The position numbers and the translations under genes are program-made. From Acidobacteriota bacterium (GTDB taxonomy: Bacteria > Acidobacteriota > UBA6911 > RPQK01 > JAJDTT01), in NCBI GenBank assembly GCA_965209055.1, contig OZ242374.1:2432001-2496000 (forward strand): DNA of 64,000 nt, in the 5' to 3' direction. Shown one piece after another: positions 19,258-29,145 of the stretch. Position 1 is the stretch's first letter, and the number at the start of each line of letters is the position of its first letter. The notes under the pieces are model-generated. The model had not been told where the DNA came from, ran no database searches, and saw only the letters and a list, made by a program, of their open reading frames with translations.

Positions 19258-20943
19258 ATGGCCCAGCGTGAATACGATGTCCTGGTCGTCGGCAGCGGCG
19301 CCGCCGGTGGCATGGCGGCCAAGGTCCTGACCGAGCATGGACTGGAGGTGGTCGTGCTGGAGGCCGGACCCTCCATCAAGAACACCGACTTCCTGACCCA
19401 TGCCATGCCCTACGATTTCCCTTTTCGGGGACGGGGCAACCCCCAAGTCATCCGGAAGGACGGCTTGCTGGCGGCGAGGGAGCAGACGCCGTTTTCCGGC
19501 TACTACGCCAAGGAAAGCGAGCATCCCTACACCAATGCTCCCACTACGGGCGCGCAAAAGCCCTACAAGTGGACGGGACGATCCCGGATTCTGGGGGGGC
19601 GGACCCTGCACTGGGGCCGCCAGTCGTTCCGCCTGGCCGAGTTCGACTTCAAGGCGGCGAGCATCGACGGCTTCGGGGTGGACTGGCCCTTCACTTACGC
19701 GGACCTGGCGCCCTACTACGACAAGGTGGAGGACTACGTGGGAATCCAGGGGTTCCAGGAGGGCCTGCCCCAGATTCCGGACGGACGGTTCCTGCCCCCC
19801 TTCGCCTACAACTGCTTCGAGCATCTGATCCGGAAGGCGGCGGCCCGGAAAGGCTGGCGCATGACGGCCCTCAGGACCGCCCAGTTGAGCCGGTACCACC
19901 GGGGACGGCCGCCCTGCCACTACTGCGGAAGCTGCGGCTCCGGATGCGACATCGGGGCCTTCTTCTCCAGCATCGCCGTCACCCTTCCCGACGCCGCCAA
20001 GACGGGAAAGCTGACCCTGCTGACCGACGCGGTGGTCCGGGAGGTGGCGGTGGACAAGGAAGGCCGGGTCCGGGGCGTCTCCTATGTCGACCGGAAGAGC
20101 AAAGTGGAGCGGAAGGTCCGCGCCAAGGTGGTGGTGTTGGCCGCCGGCACGCTGGAGTCGACCCGGATCCTGCTCAATTCGGTGTCCCGTTTCCACCCCC
20201 AGGGCATGGCCAACGCCAGCGGTGTCCTGGGCCATTACCTGACCGATCACTTCACGGCCGGTCAGGTGATCGGGGTCCTGCCCGAGCTGGTGGGATCGAA
20301 AATCCGCAATGACGACGGCAAGGCCAATGGATCCTACATTCCCCGGTACAGCAATCTGGGAAACCGCCATCCCAATTTCCTTCGCGGTTACGCGATCATG
20401 GTCAAGGGGGGCAGCAATGTCTTCCCGGGACACGCCGACCTGATCGGCGGTTTCGGAGCCGGCTACAAGAAAAGGATCAAGGATCTGCACCCGGCGGTGG
20501 TCCGGATCTACGCCCGGGGGGAGCCGCTACAGATCTTCGACAGCTACGTGGAGATCGACAAAGAGGTGGTGGACGCGTGGGGAATCCCGGTCCTGAAGTT
20601 CCACTACAAGCGGACCGACAACGACTACCACATGCTGGACGACGCCTTTCAGAATCTGCAGGAGCTCATGCATGAGGCGGGAGCCGAGATCCTCAGCGAG
20701 GACAAGTCGCTGAGCGCTCCCGGGCGGATCATCCACGAGATGGGGACCACCCGGATGGGCGACGATCCTCGGACCAGCGTCCTGAACCAGTTCTGCCAGG
20801 CCCACGAGATTTCGAATCTGTTCGTCATGGACGGCGGTTGCTGGCCCAGTTCCGCCTGCCAGAATCCTACCGAAACCATTCTGGCCATCGCCTGGCGGTC
20901 CAGCGACTATCTGGCGGAGCAGTTCCGGACGGGCGATCTCTGA
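19258..20943 (+). CDS. GMC family flavoprotein oxidoreductase (glucoside 3-dehydrogenase-like)
   Basis: YDVLVVGSGAAGG, LGGRTLHWG, CHYCGSCGSGC, IHEMGTTRMG, NPTETI. Start set at ATG 19258. Confidence 0.92.
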   Translation: MAQREYDVLVVGSGAAGGMAAKVLTEHGLEVVVLEAGPSIKNTDFLTHAMPYDFPFRGRGNPQVIRKDGLLAAREQTPFSGYYAKESEHPYTNAPTTGAQKPYKWTGRSRILGGRTLHWGRQSFRLAEFDFKAASIDGFGVDWPFTYADLAPYYDKVEDYVGIQGFQEGLPQIPDGRFLPPFAYNCFEHLIRKAAARKGWRMTALRTAQLSRYHRGRPPCHYCGSCGSGCDIGAFFSSIAVTLPDAAKTGKLTLLTDAVVREVAVDKEGRVRGVSYVDRKSKVERKVRAKVVVLAAGTLESTRILLNSVSRFHPQGMANASGVLGHYLTDHFTAGQVIGVLPELVGSKIRNDDGKANGSYIPRYSNLGNRHPNFLRGYAIMVKGGSNVFPGHADLIGGFGAGYKKRIKDLHPAVVRIYARGEPLQIFDSYVEIDKEVVDAWGIPVLKFHYKRTDNDYHMLDDAFQNLQELMHEAGAEILSEDKSLSAPGRIIHEMGTTRMGDDPRTSVLNQFCQAHEISNLFVMDGGCWPSSACQNPTETILAIAWRSSDYLAEQFRTGDL

Positions 20944-20962
20944 GTCACGCTGCCACGGTTCG

Positions 20963-22849
20963 CTACATCAACATCCTGTGACGGTCGTCCGGAGCCTGAT
21001 CCTGCGGCTGACCCGGCGTGGCCGGCACTCTCAATTCGACTTCCGCCCCTGTGGCGGGTGAAGCGATCTTCAGTTTCGCTCGTTCGCCATAGCAAAGGCG
21101 GAGGCGCCGCCGCACGTTCGCCAGCCCTTGGGCGCCGGTTGGCGGACGTTTTGCAGGAAATCCGGGGCCGTCGTCCGAGACGATCACCTGCAACGTTCCG
21201 CCGACTATTCGGGACTCGATCCGAACCGTTCCCTCGTCGATTCCGGTGCTCACGCCGTGTTTTACGGCGTTCTCGACCAGGGGTTGGATGGAGAGGACGG
21301 GGACGGAGATCTGCAAGGTGTCTTCGGCAATGTCAATCGCGGTCCGCAGGCGCTCTCCGAGACGCAGCCGCTCGATCTGGAGGTAGGCTTGGACGATTCG
21401 CATCTCCTGGTCCAGAGACACGAACTGGCGATTGCCTTGCAGCGAGTAGCGGAAGATCTCAGCCAGACTGACCAGGGTCTCCCGGGCGTCCACAGCGGAT
21501 CGAGGAATCGTGGCGTACAGCGCGTTCAGGGAGTTGAACAGGAAGTGGGGGTTGATCTGGGCCCGGAGGGCGTCCAGCTCCGCTTCGGCCACCAGCCGAT
21601 TGAGTTCGGTCCGGCGCCTGCGCTCCAGTTGATCGGAGAGTTCGGCGGAGAGCCGGTCCAGATCCTCCAGGTCCCGGCTCAGATATCGGTGTCCGCCCCG
21701 CCGGCGACCCAGCAGCAGACGGCAGGTCTCATCGCCGCTTGTTCGGATGGGAACTTCGACTTCCGCCCAGCGATGGCGTCGAGACTTGCCGTCGGTTTCC
21801 CGGTCCGGCCGAATCCGGGTCCGAATCAACTTTTGCCCGGTTTTGATGCCATCTTCCACGACCTGCCAGCGCTCCGCTTTGGCGAAACGGGCCATCACCT
21901 CGCCTGCGCGGCCCAGAGATTCCTCGCCGCCCTCGTTGTCCTCGAGACAAGCACGGATCTCCCCGAGTGCCCGTTCGGGATCGCCTCGCCGGAAAACGGT
22001 GGTTTCCAGGCGATTCTGCACGCGCTTCCGCATTGCCGGAAAGGCCACCAAGGCCAACCCTCCCGAGACGATCAGGATGGACTGAGCGAAGGGAGCGTTC
22101 GAAGTGGGCTCCAGCAGACCCAGAAATCCGGCGAGTCCCAGCAGCAGAATCGCCGCTGCGGCCGCCATCAGGGCATTGCCGAGAAACCGCACGAACACGT
22201 CCAGCAACAGCAGTCGGTGGGCTTGCAGGAGAATGACGAGAGCCAGAGGGATTCCGGCGTGGTGCAAGATAATTTGATGAGCCCAGGCATCGGACCCGTG
22301 GCTCGAACCGAAGTGAATAAAGGAGACTGCGAAGAAAAAGAGCGCCATGGCCGCGATGGCACGCAGGCTGGCGCCTTTGAGCCGGCGCTTCTGCCGGGCC
22401 AGGGCCGAGGCCGCGAGGAGCGCCAAAGCACCGAATCCGAATGTGATCAGGAGCAGTCCGAATCGGTGCGAGGACTCGCCCCCTCCGAACAATTCCGCCA
22501 GGTGGGTGGCCACCGCGGTGAAGGACAGCAGGTAACCGCAAAGGAGAATCCAGCGTGGGCCGGATCCCAACGAGAGATGGAGCAGGACCCCCGGAAGCAG
22601 ACTCAGAACGGCGAAACTCAAGGCCACGGCGATTGACGTGTAACCGCCTCCGAGTTCGACGGTGGTCAGGACCGTCAGAGACAGAGCATTCCAGAGAAGG
22701 GCCAAGGTGGCCGCCATGGCCGGCACCACGAAATCTCCTCCCGGATCCCGTCGCCGTCCCAGCCACAGCAGGCATAGGAATGCGCCGAAGATGATGACGC
22801 CCGCAGCGTGTCCCAGCGCATTGATGATGAATGGGAGGTTCCCTTGCAT
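20963..22849 (-). CDS. LytS/YehU-type membrane sensor histidine kinase
   Basis: Multi-TM N-terminus, ALRAQINPHFLFNSLN, IQPLVENAVKHG, SDDGPG, GLANV. Start could alternatively be TTG 22885. Confidence 0.92.
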   Translation of the reverse strand: MQGNLPFIINALGHAAGVIIFGAFLCLLWLGRRRDPGGDFVVPAMAATLALLWNALSLTVLTTVELGGGYTSIAVALSFAVLSLLPGVLLHLSLGSGPRWILLCGYLLSFTAVATHLAELFGGGESSHRFGLLLITFGFGALALLAASALARQKRRLKGASLRAIAAMALFFFAVSFIHFGSSHGSDAWAHQIILHHAGIPLALVILLQAHRLLLLDVFVRFLGNALMAAAAAILLLGLAGFLGLLEPTSNAPFAQSILIVSGGLALVAFPAMRKRVQNRLETTVFRRGDPERALGEIRACLEDNEGGEESLGRAGEVMARFAKAERWQVVEDGIKTGQKLIRTRIRPDRETDGKSRRHRWAEVEVPIRTSGDETCRLLLGRRRGGHRYLSRDLEDLDRLSAELSDQLERRRRTELNRLVAEAELDALRAQINPHFLFNSLNALYATIPRSAVDARETLVSLAEIFRYSLQGNRQFVSLDQEMRIVQAYLQIERLRLGERLRTAIDIAEDTLQISVPVLSIQPLVENAVKHGVSTGIDEGTVRIESRIVGGTLQVIVSDDGPGFPAKRPPTGAQGLANVRRRLRLCYGERAKLKIASPATGAEVELRVPATPGQPQDQAPDDRHRMLM

Positions 22850-22979
22850 CGGTTTGAACAGTCTACTATGAGCCCCAGGAAGCAATCTTCATGTGCTCTC
22901 CGGTCACCGGCGTTCGGCGGATCAATTGGTAGAATCGGGGATCGATGGCGTCCGAACGGCGATTGAGGAGGTTTGAAAC

Positions 22980-23741
22980 GTGCCCGTGAAGAGACTGCGC
23001 GTACTGGTCGTGGACGACGAGCCGCTGGCCCGCCGCGTGCTTCTGGATGGGCTGGACCTTGTGGAAAACATCCAGGTTGTGGGCGAGGCGGACAATGGTG
23101 AGACGGCTTTGCAGCAGATTGGCCGTCTCCAGCCGGACCTGGTTCTCCTCGACGTCCAGATGCCGGTCATGGACGGTTTCCAGGTGATTCGGCGGCTCAA
23201 GGGTCCCCTGCCGGCCATCGTGTTCGTGACCGCATACTCCGAGTATGCGCTCGATGCCTTCGAGGTCGGCGCCGTGGATTACCTGCTCAAGCCGGTCAGC
23301 GAGGATCGCCTCGGAATGGCTGTCGGCCGGGCCCGCCGGGCCCGGCGCAGGCCCCGGGAGAGCGCCCTCAGAGTGGAGCGAACCCTGGCCGCTCTGGAAA
23401 GGCGCGAAACCCGGACTGTCGCCAAGCTGGTGGCTCGCCGCGGGTTGGACTACTACCTTTTGGACCTGGACGACGTGTACGCACTGCAGGCGGAAGGAGA
23501 GATCGTTTGGATTCTCACCTCACGCAGGAAATTCCGGGCCGTGCACAGTCTGGGGAGTCTTGAGGAACGACTTCGAGGGACCCAGTTTCAAAGGGTTCAC
23601 CGAAGCGTGCTGGTGAACACGAACCGGATTCGAAAGATGAGTGCTCTGAGCAGCCGCCGTTGGCTGCTGATCCTGACCAATGGCCTGAAGTTCATCGTCA
23701 GCAAGCGCCGGGCGCCGCTGGTGCGGGATCTGCTTTTGTAG
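22980..23741 (+). CDS. LytTR family DNA-binding response regulator
   Basis: VVDDEPLAR, LLDVQMP, VTAYSEYA, DYLLKP, FQRVHRSVLVN. Confidence 0.93.
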   Translation: MPVKRLRVLVVDDEPLARRVLLDGLDLVENIQVVGEADNGETALQQIGRLQPDLVLLDVQMPVMDGFQVIRRLKGPLPAIVFVTAYSEYALDAFEVGAVDYLLKPVSEDRLGMAVGRARRARRRPRESALRVERTLAALERRETRTVAKLVARRGLDYYLLDLDDVYALQAEGEIVWILTSRRKFRAVHSLGSLEERLRGTQFQRVHRSVLVNTNRIRKMSALSSRRWLLILTNGLKFIVSKRRAPLVRDLLL

Positions 23742-23823
23742 CTGCGAGGGGTATAGAGGGGGGGACTGCTCCTACTCGCCGACAGGGATGGTTCCGCTCC
23801 ATGGACAGGGATGCCGCGGCTTC

Positions 23824-26379
23824 TCATCGCCGGAAGTGCCAGTTGGTGGTGTTGCCGGGCGGTGGATAGTTGGATTCGGACGCCTTCCCGTCCCGGGAAT
23901 GGATGAAGACGCGGATCTCCGTAGCTGCCGGATCGGGGAAGTCGAGGAGCGAGAATTCGTACAGGTAGCCGCTGTTGTCGATCTCTGAGCTGCCGTAGGT
24001 CCTGACGACGTCCTTCCGGTATCGGCCGGTCCGTCCCGCGTACAGGAATTCTCCGTCCCGAAACAGGACGATGGATCGAGGCAGGACGCGTTTTCCCACG
24101 TCGGCCCCCCAACCGCCGATGAAAATCCGGCTTCGGTCCGGGCTCGGGCGCGAGACGACCCACCCGGTGACGCCCGGGTCGCCGATGGGGATTTCCGCCC
24201 CTTCCGGTGTCACCAGGAGGGTTTCCGCCCCGGACACATCCAGCCGGTAGGAAGCCGGGGCGGGGACTTTCACGGACAGGAGCGCGAGGCTGGATTCGGT
24301 CCGGCGCGTCTCGTAGATTCGAATCTGGTTGCTGCCGTCCCGGAAGGCCGATTCCGGGACGATGGCCGAGAAGACGGTTGCTCCGCCCAGTTGCGAGGTC
24401 CGGGTCACTGCGCGGACCGCTCCGTTGACGCCGATGGCGAGGGTCCGGCCGGTCTGGGCGCCCTGGCCTCCGAGAACCCTTCCCGAGATTCTTGACAGCA
24501 GGAAGGTGGAGTCGAGGTCGACCTGCCGGTGCAGGTGGGCTCCGTCGACCTCCACCGTCAGGTCCGAGTGCCCTTGGATCAACGCGTCCGTCCGCTGGCC
24601 CACCAGTTCGGCATGAGGTCCGATCCGGTAGAGATCCTGCTTCGAGAGTTCACCGTTCGCGGCGCCGAAGAGCGCCAGCTTCCGTTCGAGGCTCTCCCAG
24701 CGCGCCTCCAGGCGGGGGTCGAACGAGAATATCTCGCCGTCGTCGGTGTAGACGATCTTGTCGGGCCGTTCCGGAGCCTCGGCGGAAAGGGCCGACTGGC
24801 CCTCCAGTGGCCAGTCCGTTTCGCTGCCCAGAAGCTCCACCAGGGTCGGCAGGATGTCCATGCTCTCCACGTTGCGGTCGCTTACGACTCCCCGCCGTTG
24901 TCCCGGCGCCTTGACGATCAACGGGACGGAAATGATGTCCATGTAGTTGGTGGCGGTCACCAGGCGGCGGGAGTCGCCGGGGCGGAAGCTGGCTCCGTGG
25001 TCGGCGGTGATGACCAGTAGCGTGGAGTCGAAGAGGTTCCGCTCACGAAGCCGCTGGACCAGTTCTCCGACCAGGCGATCCAGGAACATGACCTGCAGGA
25101 GGTGGCGCTGGTAGGACTGGATCACCAGCCACCGATCGTCCAGCCACTGATTCACGTCGAGACCCTGGTTGTTGGGTCCCACCACCCCGGCCACGCCCGG
25201 CCGCTCCGAGAGCGTGTACAACTTGCCCGAAGGAAGGTAGATCCAACTGGCGTGGGGAAGCATGGAGTGCAGGAAATAGAGAGCCGGCGGTCCGTCCTCC
25301 CGAATGGATTCGACGAAGTTCCGAAAACGGTTCGCCCGTCTCGACCAGTCGACATGGAAATCCTTCCAGGTTCGCCGGATCGGGCCGGGAGCGCCCGGGT
25401 CCAGGAACTGGTTCCAGGTCTGGGTCACCGGCGGAAGCCATCGCGAGGCCCATGACGCCGGCAGCAGGAGATGGAGATAGGCGACCGACAGGTCCTCCAC
25501 CAGCAACCGGAAGCGGGGAACGAAGGGCGCAGGTGTTCTCCGGGGGTTCAATCCGGTGACGTTTTCCCGGATTTCAAGTTCGTGGGAGCCGGAAAGGAGC
25601 GAGAAGAGGTTCCTGGGGTATTCGCGAAACAGAGGCAGTGGGAAGGGGCGCTGCTTGGGCAGGGTCCCCGACAAGATCACCGGAATCGACAACAGGGTGC
25701 TCTCGTTGTTGGTGGTCGCGTTCCGGAACCAGTAGGAGTTTTCCGCCAACTCGGCCAGGTTGGGGAAGAGGTTCGAGTCGATCTCCCGGCGCTCGTTGAG
25801 CAGGGAAATGAGGGGGAACTCGTCGAAGATCACCATCACCACGGGCGCTTTGGCGCCGGTCCCGGCCTCCACCTGGGAATCCGGTTCGGGAAGGATCAGC
25901 TTCCGGATCTCCGAATCCAGGAGGAACAGGACGGGAAACAGCACGGCTGCAGGGATCAGATAGGACAGATAGGTCCTGATCACCGCAAATCGGCGGTACG
26001 CCAGCACGAAGGCCGTTCCGGAGAGCAGGGCAAGGACCAGCGACGCCCCTTCGGGTGCCGGAAGTCTCTTGAGCGCCTGCAGGACGAGTCCCGCGGTCAG
26101 GAGGCCCAGAAGAGCCTGGTAGGTCCCGAGGCCCAACTGCGGGTGGACCCTGGCCAAACTCCGGACCACGATCGCCGCCGCTCCCGGCAACAGGAGCGAC
26201 AACATCAGGGTCAGCAGGAGGATGTCCACCCGTTCGCTCTGGTGGGCCGGCAGGAACTCAGGGTGCCGGGTCAGGAGGTCGTAGATGGGCTGCGCCGTGG
26301 TGAACGCCGACAGAACCAGGAGGTGGATGATCCGGATTTGAATCCCGGCGGCTGGATTTCCTCGGCTCGGGTTACTCAT
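23824..26379 (-). CDS. Membrane-anchored sulfatase/LTA-synthase-like (alkaline phosphatase superfamily) transferase
   Basis: About 5 TM helices, then VMVIFDEF, T nucleophile region (NESTLLSIPVILSG), LPHASW, ITADHG, DILPT. Start uncertain (26379/26406/26430). Confidence 0.8.
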   Translation of the reverse strand: MSNPSRGNPAAGIQIRIIHLLVLSAFTTAQPIYDLLTRHPEFLPAHQSERVDILLLTLMLSLLLPGAAAIVVRSLARVHPQLGLGTYQALLGLLTAGLVLQALKRLPAPEGASLVLALLSGTAFVLAYRRFAVIRTYLSYLIPAAVLFPVLFLLDSEIRKLILPEPDSQVEAGTGAKAPVVMVIFDEFPLISLLNERREIDSNLFPNLAELAENSYWFRNATTNNESTLLSIPVILSGTLPKQRPFPLPLFREYPRNLFSLLSGSHELEIRENVTGLNPRRTPAPFVPRFRLLVEDLSVAYLHLLLPASWASRWLPPVTQTWNQFLDPGAPGPIRRTWKDFHVDWSRRANRFRNFVESIREDGPPALYFLHSMLPHASWIYLPSGKLYTLSERPGVAGVVGPNNQGLDVNQWLDDRWLVIQSYQRHLLQVMFLDRLVGELVQRLRERNLFDSTLLVITADHGASFRPGDSRRLVTATNYMDIISVPLIVKAPGQRRGVVSDRNVESMDILPTLVELLGSETDWPLEGQSALSAEAPERPDKIVYTDDGEIFSFDPRLEARWESLERKLALFGAANGELSKQDLYRIGPHAELVGQRTDALIQGHSDLTVEVDGAHLHRQVDLDSTFLLSRISGRVLGGQGAQTGRTLAIGVNGAVRAVTRTSQLGGATVFSAIVPESAFRDGSNQIRIYETRRTESSLALLSVKVPAPASYRLDVSGAETLLVTPEGAEIPIGDPGVTGWVVSRPSPDRSRIFIGGWGADVGKRVLPRSIVLFRDGEFLYAGRTGRYRKDVVRTYGSSEIDNSGYLYEFSLLDFPDPAATEIRVFIHSRDGKASESNYPPPGNTTNWHFRR

Positions 26380-26496
26380 CAGAGGCGGTCCCCGTCGGGC
26401 GTCCATGGGTGTTCCCCACGGCGCCGACATTCCAGCAGAAGGACCTGAACGAGCGCAAGAAGAGAGGGGTGACTGGAGGCGCCTTTCTTTTCGCCG

Positions 26497-26578
26497 GGAG
26501 GGGCGATTTCCTAATCGCCCATTCTTCCCTCTACCTTTCTGTTACGTGGGAGTCCGGCGGTCAGGAAACCGCCGTTCC
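26497..26578. repeat. REP doublet (REPIN), GGAG-type, copy 2
   Basis: GGAGGGGCGATTTCCTAATCGCCC ... GGAGTCCGGCGGTCAGGAAACCGCCGTTCC, intergenic between divergent genes. Confidence 0.7.
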
Positions 26579-26662
26579 GCACTCTTCCCCTGCCGTGTTA
26601 TGTTTTCTTCGGTCCGGCCCAGGGCGGGGAGCCGAGTGGATCGGGCCGGCCCGGCGAGTCCC

Positions 26663-27511
26663 ATGGAACATCTCGTTCGTCCGCTGTCACCGGCCTCCGT
26701 CGTGCTGGATCTGGGTGCGGGACCGGGGAGTTTTTCCTATGCCGGGACCGAGGCGCGAGTCTTGGCTCTGGACGTGGATTTTCCCGGCGCCGCGCAAGAA
26801 CCTTGGGCCCGGGTGCTGGGTGACTCGGGTGCGATTCCCCTCGGCCAGGAGACCGTGGACGTGGTGGTCTGCAACCATACGCTGGAGCACTTTCCGGACT
26901 GCCGTCAGGCCATAAGGGAAATCGATCGGGTGCTCCGGCCGGGGGGCTCCCTCTGGGTTGCGGTGCCCGACGGCGGTTGTCTGGACGACCGGCTGTATCG
27001 CTATCTCTTTCTCGGAGGAGGTCATGTCAACCGCTTTTCTCTCGCCAGCCTGGTGGAAGCGATCGAGACCGGCACCCGTCTTCGGGCCCGTTCCTGCAAG
27101 AAGCTCTTCACCGGGTTCGTCTATCTGAATCCTCCCGATCCGGAAAAAGTCCAATATTATCCCCCGCGGGCACAGTTTCTGGCGCGGATCCCGTCCCGAG
27201 TGTTGAGGACTCTGCTTCGCTGGATGAATTATGGGGTTCGGGTGCTGGATCGTATTTTTCGGACCCGTTTGAGCCAGTACGGCTGGGCGCTCGTGGCCCG
27301 GCGGGAAGACGACGACTCGGGACCGGCGACCGATCCGTCCCGACTTGGAGTCGAATCCGGCGACACCAATGTCTGTTTTGCCTGTGGGGACGGCCATGTG
27401 GAGGCGACGCTGAAGCCCGTTCGCATCCTTTTCCTGACCTTTTTCCAATGTCCCAATTGTGGGACTCGCAACCTCATGTCTCCCCTGAGGGATTCTTCAG
27501 GACCGGTTTGA
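26663..27511 (+). CDS. Class I SAM-dependent methyltransferase (type 11) with a C-terminal CxxC..CxxC zinc ribbon
   Basis: VLDLGAGPG, DVVVCNHTLEH, RVLRPGG, then CFAC...CPNC. The longer upstream extension would run through a REPIN. Confidence 0.82.
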   Translation: MEHLVRPLSPASVVLDLGAGPGSFSYAGTEARVLALDVDFPGAAQEPWARVLGDSGAIPLGQETVDVVVCNHTLEHFPDCRQAIREIDRVLRPGGSLWVAVPDGGCLDDRLYRYLFLGGGHVNRFSLASLVEAIETGTRLRARSCKKLFTGFVYLNPPDPEKVQYYPPRAQFLARIPSRVLRTLLRWMNYGVRVLDRIFRTRLSQYGWALVARREDDDSGPATDPSRLGVESGDTNVCFACGDGHVEATLKPVRILFLTFFQCPNCGTRNLMSPLRDSSGPV

Positions 27512-27559
27512 ATGGGCCCGTCTCCCGATCTTTCAGGTGAAACCGGTTCCCGGTTCGGA

Positions 27560-29122
27560 ATGAAGTTCCGGCACTACTCCGTCCGGATACTCCTGGCGCT
27601 GGGGGTGACGGCCCTCTGCCTGGCTCTGGCCGCTCCCCTGGCGATGAAGTTCCTGCGGCCGGCGCTGCTTCACTTCCTGCTCGACAACCTCTCGGACGCC
27701 CGGCGGTCGGAGCTCTACGAGTCCCTGGCCGCCCGGGCCGGTCAGTTCTACGACGCCGTGCCCGAACCCGCGGTGGGCCGCTTGGGGAAGAGGGGCGTCG
27801 TGACTCGATACCGGGGCGCCGAGGTCCGGATCAACAACGCGGGCATGCGGAGCTCCATCGACTACCGGGCCAAGCCGAAAGGGGTTTTTCGGATCGTCTG
27901 CCTGGGAGACTCCTATGTGTTCGGGACCGGCGGACCGGAGGCGGACCGGTTCTGCGATCAGATTGGAGACTTTTACCGAAGCCGCGAAATCCGGGCCGGC
28001 GGCAAGTCCATCGAGACCTATGCCCTGGGGCTCGACAGTTGGACCCTGTCCCAGGAAGCGTCCTATCTCTCCAGCCGGATCTCCGCCTACGATCCGGACG
28101 TCATCCTGCAACTGAGCGTCTCCAACGACATCACCCCCCTGGCCGGCGTCAACGGCCTCGGCATGGCCACCTACGAATTCAGCCCCGAGGTGAGGCAATG
28201 GGGCTCCGGACTGTTTTCAAACCAGGCAGCGCGGTATTTCGGCGAGCGGAACTTCAGCGCCCTGGCGTGGAGCCTCTCGCCCCAGAGCCGGAAGGAGTGG
28301 GGCCGCGCCTTCTCGGCCTTGGGCCGCCTGGTGGACCTGCAACAGGGAAGGGAGGGCAAGATCCTGCTCTCGGTCCTGGACTACCCCTTCTCCGGCCAGT
28401 TCTTCAGCGAGCTCTACACGTGGCATTTTCGCCAGTCACAGCTCCAGGCCCCCTTTCTGGCGACCTCGTTCCTGCCTTCATTCGAGACGCAACTGACGCA
28501 TGACGCGCACCCCAACCGCCTGGGAAACAGTTATCTGGCCGCCCACTATGTTCACGCCCTGAATCGGCTCGGATGGATTCCGGTTCCCGACTCGGATCTG
28601 CCTCACCTGCCGGAAGGGCTCGACCTGGACCTCAATCCTGAACCCGATCCGGACCGTCTGAAGCGGGATCGGGAGGAATTCGTCTCCACTCACCTGCGGT
28701 CCAGCCTGGACTTCGGCCGGTTGACCCGCGGGGAGACCCGGGCATTTCTGGGGGGCATCTTTCCGGACCAGGGGGGAGAGAACGCGCTTCAGGGCTATCC
28801 TTGGGCCTCCATCCGAAGCGGTTTTCTCATGAGCCGGCTGGAGGGGGGCCGCGAGCGCCGACTGTTGCTGGAGATCCGGATTCCAGCCCTCCCCGAGATC
28901 TTTCCTTTCAGTCTGAGGGTCTCGGCGGAAGGCACGGAGATCGCCTCCCTGGTCCTGGAGGATCCCGGTCCTTCAAATCATTACCGGTTGGAGGGGGAGC
29001 TTCCCGCATTGGACCGGCGGGAGCCGGCCCGGGAGATCGTCCTCGTGGCCTCGTCCTACTTTGCCGGCATCGGCAACCCGAGGATGAAGTCGTTCCGCCT
29101 GGTGTCGGCGCAACTCGAGTAG
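27560..29122 (+). CDS. Membrane-anchored SGNH/GDSL hydrolase-fold protein
   Basis: N-terminal TM, INNAGMR, RIVCLGDSYVFG, ND, DAHPN. Confidence 0.8.
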   Translation: MKFRHYSVRILLALGVTALCLALAAPLAMKFLRPALLHFLLDNLSDARRSELYESLAARAGQFYDAVPEPAVGRLGKRGVVTRYRGAEVRINNAGMRSSIDYRAKPKGVFRIVCLGDSYVFGTGGPEADRFCDQIGDFYRSREIRAGGKSIETYALGLDSWTLSQEASYLSSRISAYDPDVILQLSVSNDITPLAGVNGLGMATYEFSPEVRQWGSGLFSNQAARYFGERNFSALAWSLSPQSRKEWGRAFSALGRLVDLQQGREGKILLSVLDYPFSGQFFSELYTWHFRQSQLQAPFLATSFLPSFETQLTHDAHPNRLGNSYLAAHYVHALNRLGWIPVPDSDLPHLPEGLDLDLNPEPDPDRLKRDREEFVSTHLRSSLDFGRLTRGETRAFLGGIFPDQGGENALQGYPWASIRSGFLMSRLEGGRERRLLLEIRIPALPEIFPFSLRVSAEGTEIASLVLEDPGPSNHYRLEGELPALDRREPAREIVLVASSYFAGIGNPRMKSFRLVSAQLE

Positions 29123-29145
29123 GGGCCGGCCCCCAGGACGCTGAA

